A stretch of 64,000 nt of DNA, from contig CM106586.1 in the NCBI GenBank assembly GCA_048013815.1, positions 15,872,001-15,936,000 of the forward strand, written 5' to 3'. The DNA is from Setoptus koraiensis. Its lineage: Eukaryota; Animalia; Arthropoda. Shown one piece after another: positions 62,894-64,000 of this stretch. Both the position numbers and the translations under genes were made by a program. The notes beneath the pieces are model-generated. The model was not told where the DNA came from. It worked only from the letters and a program-made list of their open reading frames with translations, and did not search any database. Every line of letters starts with the position of its first letter. Within the stretch, counting starts at the first letter, position 1.

Positions 62894-63013
62894 AGTCGGT
62901 GTAGTCGCAGTCGGCGTAGTCGCAGTCGGTGTAGTCGCAGTCGGTGTAGTCGCAGTCGGTGTAGTCGCAGTCGGTGTAGTCGCAGTCGGTGTAGTGATAG
63001 TCGGTGTAGTTAT
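62894..63013. repeat. Tandem repeat, 15-bp unit AGTCGGTGTAGTCGC x8
   Basis: Read directly from the sequence. Confidence 0.9.
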
Positions 63014-64000
63014 AGTTATTATGCAACAAGCGACAAGCAACAAGCTCGAGCTGCGAGCTACAAGCGTTGCGACAAGCAACCACTTGTAGCTTGTTGTGTC
63101 TGTATATTATGTATTATATATTACATAATGTGTGTGTGTTGGCTTGGCCAGATGGCAGCGACAGTTTGTGTGTCGCTGGCTCGTTGTGTCACTATCTGTC
63201 TGTCGTTGTGATAGTAATAATAATAGTAATAATGTTACTGTTGTTGTGTAATATCAACAACAGCTGACAGTGGCGTCATACAATGACTGTATAGTATGAC
63301 TGTCATAGTGACTGACATAGGCTGCCTATGACATAAGCGCATTACATAAGCGGGGCGTCGCTCAAACCATTATACAACAAGCTAACAACAACGATAACGA
63401 CAACGACCAACAAACAAACAAACAAACACACAGACGGACAGACAAACAGACGATTAGACGAACAGACGATTAGACGAGCAAACAAACAAACAGACGAACA
63501 AACAGACAGACGGACGAACAAACAGACAGACGGACAGTTGGTCGGATAAGGCGGATAAGTTTATCTGCTGGCGAGGGATAAACGAGCCAGCACGAATGCC
63601 ATTAATAAGCAGCGAGCAGCAGCCAGTAATGATAATAATAATTAATGAGTTAATGTAATAATTAGCCTCTGACTTGTGCGACTTCTTTACGGCTTGTCTT
63701 GGCTTTTTGGCGCTGCTTGGCGCTCGCTTATCGGCGCTCGCTTATCGGCGCTCGCTTATCGGCTGTCGCTTATCGGCGCTGCCCGTCGCCGCCCGGCGCT
63801 GTTGCCCTGGCGAGCGGATAATGCGCCGGCCCGAGCGCCTCGTCGCCAGACCGCGCTCACACTGCGAGCCGCCGAATCGGTGCAAACACGCCGAGCCGCG
63901 GCCGCTCGAAGCGGCCGCCCGTTCGCACAGGTGAGTTCGGCGCGCCCGTGCGCGCCGGCGAGTCCGCGCAGGCGAGTTCGCGCAGGCGAGTTCGAGCAGG

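Noticed and set aside
171-63934. Hundreds of 60-280 aa ORFs in the six-frame track (poly-Q/T/V/C/L and R/A-rich)
   Set aside because: They overlap in several frames on both strands, arise from stop-free trinucleotide repeats or GC-rich sequence, and show no recognisable domain.

Overview
Eukaryotic (animal) genomic DNA, not microbial. I can support exactly one protein-coding gene in the 64 kb: an Iroquois/Irx TALE-class homeobox gene on the minus strand (41112->39472, 546 aa, one uninterrupted ORF). Its homeodomain is most like Drosophila mirror, and it is flanked by Q/N/H-rich low-complexity arms. The rest (about 39 kb on the 3' side, about 23 kb on the 5' side) looks like a regulatory gene desert. 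It is a mosaic of (CAA/CAG/GAC)n and (TTG/CTG/GTC)n cryptic microsatellites of alternating polarity, GC/CpG-rich palindromic spacers, and dozens of short (8-33 bp unit) tandem micro-duplications. Nearly all other ORFs in the track are stop-poor by-products of these repeats. I found no rRNA, tRNA, CRISPR array or recognisable transposase. The most interesting leads are: (i) several tandem arrays whose units match transcription-factor motifs (Capicua octamer x5, DMRT-type AATGTATCAA x5, PAR-bZIP TTACGTAA, E-box/5' splice-site CAGGTGAG); (ii) apparent window-wide excess of TTACGTAA and ATGCAAAT(TA); (iii) an intronless Irx with no recognisable IRO box that ends in a Groucho-type WRPF motif. All motif counts were made by eye and reference motifs were recalled from memory, so they need computational confirmation. 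The taxon cannot be determined from the window. An arthropod, possibly an intron-poor mite, is only a guess.
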